Source: Desulfovibrio sp.
GTDB lineage: Bacteria > Desulfobacterota > Desulfovibrionia > Desulfovibrionales > Desulfovibrionaceae
Assembly: GCA_017396005.1 (NCBI GenBank)
Contig: JAFQNG010000005.1
Span: 8,807-72,806 of the forward strand
Reading direction: 5' to 3'
DNA: 64,000 nt
Within the stretch, counting starts at the first letter, position 1, and every line of letters begins with the position of its first letter. A program made the position numbers and the translations under genes. This document shows positions 60,122 to 64,000 of the stretch, piece after piece. A model generated the notes under the pieces. The model was given only the letters and a program-made list of their open reading frames with translations. It had not been told where the DNA came from and did not search any database.

Positions 60122-60145
60122 ATGAAGAAGATCGCTACGTTTTAG
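60122..60145 (+). pseudogene. 5' stub of a porin gene (MKKIATF*)
   Basis: ATGAAGAAGATCGCTACG is 17/18 identical to the start of the island porin (18701), same AAGGAAGG RBS, then abrupt stop and AT-rich DNA. Confidence 0.7.
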
Positions 60146-60367
60146 ATGATTATCAATAACTTATTGAAATAATTAAAATTTTTAGATAATACACCATTTT
60201 AACCCCCTTATAAATCCCCCATTTCTCTTGGCTCCTGCTGGATTAAATGCGAGAACAAAACACGGTATCTGACAAAATACTGGTCTTTGGCTGCCACTGG
60301 TTATCTGGGTATTTTTTTCACTTGGGTGCATCTGTGATCAAGATGCTGACTCTGCAATCACAGTCCC

Positions 60368-60502
60368 TTTACGTCCATCACACGTGCCACGTGTGCCGAA
60401 AGCGGTGGCGTTGTCAAGGTCAAGCCCTTTCGGGCGGCTTCGCCGACCTTGACTATGCCACCTTTCTTTCGGCTTTACGGTGTCGCGGCTGATGGACGTA
60501 AA
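60368..60502. repeat. Large nested inverted repeat
   Basis: TTTACGTCCATCA/TGATGGACGTAAA, GCCGAAAG/CTTTCGGC, GGTGGC..GTCAAGGTC/GACCTTGAC..GCCACC, two apical mini-hairpins. Confidence 0.85.
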
Positions 60503-60642
60503 CGTCTCCGACGGGGCTTCCAAACATAAACATCTCCAAAGAAAACGAAAGACAGCAAAGGTATTTCTTCACATAGCAAGATCATAACGGCTGGTCTTTG
60601 GGGTAGGAGGGCGGCCTGCCCTACTACCTCGTTAGTAATAAT

Positions 60643-61422
60643 CTAAAATTCCCACTTTAGTCGAAAATCCCCAGAAATTCCCTCGCGCCTGCCAGTGTAG
60701 CCTGAAACCGCCACATCAAGAGAAAGTCCTCCATTGTTAGCAGGATACAAACTCAGCCATATCTCTCCAATACTGCTTCCGTCCTTGATGCTTGGTTCAT
60801 CCAAAGCATAACCATAGACGGATCCTTTGGCTGTGGCCGTATATTCGTGTTCATAGGCAACCCCGATAAATGGCTCCAGAATATAGCTTTGAGTAGGAAC
60901 GTAGAAACTCAAGCGAAGGCCATTGCGCCAGCGATGAGAGTCAATGGCATCGAAATAGAATGTATCACCCAGGATATTCACATCATCAGCTGCCAAATGC
61001 GTCCAGAAGTATTTGCTGTAGAGTTCAAGACCACACAACTCATTGAATTGCAGATTATATCCAATTCCAGCATGCAGGCCATAGTATGATGCCGATGATT
61101 CAAAGTCCGCAGTACGTCCAGATCCGTCCCGAATATCACGAGTTTTGAAGTCAAGGTAGCTATGGCCTGTGCGGAAAGAACTCTCGACATAGAAGTTACC
61201 AGGACCCAAGGGTTTAAAATCAAAATGTCCGAGAATGCCGTCGCCGTAATATGAGAGATCTCCCTTGGATTTGGTATCACCACTCCCAAAATTCTCAGTA
61301 GATTTATAATTACCCCAACCGCCTTCGAAGAATACTGCCAGTACTGGAAATCCCCAGGTAGTCTTTCCTCGCCAGGCAATCCCAGTGGTCATAGCCACGC
61401 CTTCTACATCCATGTGAAAGCC
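60643..61422 (-). pseudogene. Autotransporter beta-barrel C-terminal fragment
   Basis: YYGLHAGIGY, YSKYFWTH, DSHRWR.G, AYEHE, C-terminal KWEF; no own N-terminus. Confidence 0.75.
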
Positions 61423-61851
61423 ATGAGGCGACGCGTTTGCCACATGAAGGGCGAGAGGAGAAGCAGCAGCGTCTGCCACTGCCATGATCCTGGGCCTTTA
61501 CCGCGTTTGGTTTTACCAACTGCACGCCCCCCCCTTTTTTTGCCGGAACGAATGTTCCGGCAATGAAGACTTCCCGTAACTCAAGTTTGCCACGTTCCCG
61601 TAGGTCACCGGCCAGAGCGAGCAGCACGGCCCTGCTTTTCGCCAGCGTTGGACTATCTGTGACGGGTCTGTAGGGAGGATGATAGCGTTCCAGCAACTCC
61701 TTCCATGGCGCGCCTGTATGTAAAATCCCAAAAATACCATTCAGGATGGCGCGAGGATCATTGAGTACCGGCCTACCTTGTCCTCCCGCCCCTTGGGATT
61801 GGCCGGAAGAAGAGGTGCAAGTCGTTTCCACTGTTCATTCATGATATCCAT
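61423..61851 (-). pseudogene. IS5-family (IS427-group-like) transposase remnant
   Basis: EQWKRLAPLL, LNGIFGILHTGAPWKEL, TFVPAKKGG, GKTKRGKG, MAVADA..PLALHV; frameshifted and truncated. Confidence 0.8.
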
Positions 61852-62824
61852 TTCTCCTTCGTACAGGAAATGTCTCCGACGGGGGGCAGAGCAAAATTAC
61901 AGCCTGAAGATAGACAGCATAGTAACATGCTGAAATTATAGCTTTTTAATTCTCTTTGACATTAAAAGATACGTGTCAGCTCCTCCTGAAGGACAAACCC
62001 GTTCTTAAAACTCAGTATATTTCTCCCCTCTGTGGAAATCGCCAGTACCCACACGAAACAGCGAGGAGGCGGCTACCAAGCACGTTCTTTTATCTCTCTC
62101 CAGCTATGTCGAGTGAGTCGACACAATTGGATAAAAAACAGGGAAAACGCTTTTGTTAAAAATCTTTAATCGTGTGACTTGACAATGAAGCATCGTGAGG
62201 TGCAAATTACTAGAAACAGTTTTTCTATGAAACACAGCTATTTCCCTATGCAAAGAAATATATTATAAAAAAAGACATATAGCCACGGCAAAGACGGGGG
62301 ATATGACTAATATTTCTGTATAGTATATTGCATCTGTTACACTTTTTGTGAGTAAAACTTGTTAAATGCTGATCCTAGAACTTGTACTCTTATTAAACTC
62401 CTATGTACTACCACATATATAAAAAATTTTTAAGAACCTGTTCTCGTAAGAAATTTATAAAAATAGTAATTTTGATATATTCCGCCCAGAGATATGATGC
62501 AGTATATCAAATGTTCTTATCATATATCTAATAACATGTCGTAGTATACCATTTTGTGCTCTGCATAGCTGCTAACTCTACGTCAGTTCTATCGCAATTG
62601 ATGATTTTATTTAATTTCTTATGAAAATAGGTTCTAAATAGATTCTATACATAAACTTTACACAAATTTTTTTACAAAGCAATAAATATAAACTTTGAAT
62701 AATCAGATACCACCAGAGGCGATAGTTTGGCTAGTTTATAATTAAAAAATTTGTTAAAGTATCACCCCTAGTTGAATATGATTAACAACAATACAGACCA
62801 ACTAAATATAATATAAAGGTATTT

Positions 62825-64000
62825 ATGAATCTAGCTAATTTTTTTAATTTTCTTGATACATTAAAATCACTTGAAAAAGGCAGCTCTGTATTCATTTTAT
62901 TTTTATATATAGCAATCACACATCACATTGATGACACTAAAAAACATTTAGCTACTTTATGGTTTGGTTTCATTTTTATTATTTTTTTTATTTGCAAATA
63001 TATTTGTGAATCAAAAAGAATTTGATTGCTATATAACTTTAAATGGAAAAGAACTTGCCAATAAAGAAATAATCATTAATGGAGAAGAATTTACAACAAA
63101 TGAATATGGCATCGTCAATATAAATAAAAACTTTCTATATTCAACGATCGCTATACCTAATGAAGATAATATTTATTACAAGTGGAAAAAGAATGAAAAC
63201 TCTAACACTAAATATAATCTTTTTATATATTATATCCCAGATTTTATAGCTGTAAAAAATAAAAAGTATTTTGATGTCGATATAGATAGATGTTCAAACA
63301 TAGAAATAGAGATGTACAATAAAAAATATGGAAAGATATATTTTGATGAATCATCAGTGCATTCAATACAGATTGGCAATATTGATGTAAAATACATAAG
63401 AAAAAATATTGATCTATTGAATACAATGTCTATTCCTTTACCTCAAAATATCTTGCCAGGCATATTCTATTTAAATGTTAATTTAAATCATAATAATAAG
63501 TTATTAAAAGTAAACGGACTCAGGATTAATGTTACGGAAAATATTAATCTTTCAACGCTTAACAAGAAAAATATATTGTGGCCTCTTTCTAAAAACAAGA
63601 AAGCTGAACTTAAGCCCTACTCAGATAATAAAAAATACATAGAATTCATTACAAATCCAAATGGATTTATAACATTAACTATTCCTGATAGAGATGATTT
63701 TACAAAAATTGTCGAACTTGATTTTTTGAGTAGTGAGCATCTTTCTAGCCCACATATTTGTATCAACAATATTCTTTTTACCATAGGTGGTGACTACGGA
63801 GAGACAATAGTAATGCATAAAATGAACTCTAGTTACACTAGAATAGGATCAGAATATAGGAAACTAAAAAATAAATTATCTTTAAATGAATGGCATACTA
63901 TTAAAGTTGAAACAAAAAAAGAAAATGCAATGCTTATATTTCATATTATGATTTTAAATGAAGATCATGAACTTGTTGAATCTATTGAACCATTTTGCGT
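62825..64000 (+). pseudogene. AT-rich membrane-anchored hypothetical protein split by frameshift at T8 (62982-62989)
   Basis: 66-aa ORF stops at 63025; the +1 frame is open from ~62990 to window end; removing one T joins them. Confidence 0.65.

Larger units (their letters stand above)
60140..64000. mobile_element. Left part of a probable inserted/decayed element (continues beyond window)
   Basis: Begins at porin stub; IS remnant, gene fragments, strongly AT-rich from ~61900; no integrase seen within the window. Confidence 0.6.

Overview
Desulfovibrio-like (Desulfovibrionaceae) chromosomal window, mostly GC-rich core genes: mazG/cvpA, nikR-folE2, carD-rho, a Hrq1/MrfA-type helicase, the flgMIJNKL-csrA-fliW flagellar block, metF, dfx-rub-roo oxygen defence, fhs, a porin, a NikR-boxed nickel ECF transporter, manC, cmk/hisC, psd-pssA-leuACDB. 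Two accessory regions stand out. (1) A complete ~12.8 kb integrative element in tRNA-Val(TAC) (10324-23124, 70-bp perfect att repeat) with integrase, Xis-like protein, DUF3987-like ATPase, a Ycf46-AAA/DUF1257/DUF2997/DUF3150-like block, a Cas4-like nuclease plus ERF annealase, its own outer-membrane porin behind a promoter whose -35/-10 spacer is an A15 run, HU, and an AT-rich cassette encoding a compact PolA/T7-RNAP-superfamily-like protein. No capsid or conjugation genes are visible. (2) From ~60140 an AT-rich insertion begins just after the first six codons of what looks like a chromosomal porin gene (promoter, RBS and MKKIAT intact), followed by a large hairpin, an IS5/autotransporter remnant and a frameshifted AT-rich ORF. 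Together these suggest that mobile elements manipulate porin identity or expression in this host. All family assignments are by motif recognition only; no searches were run.
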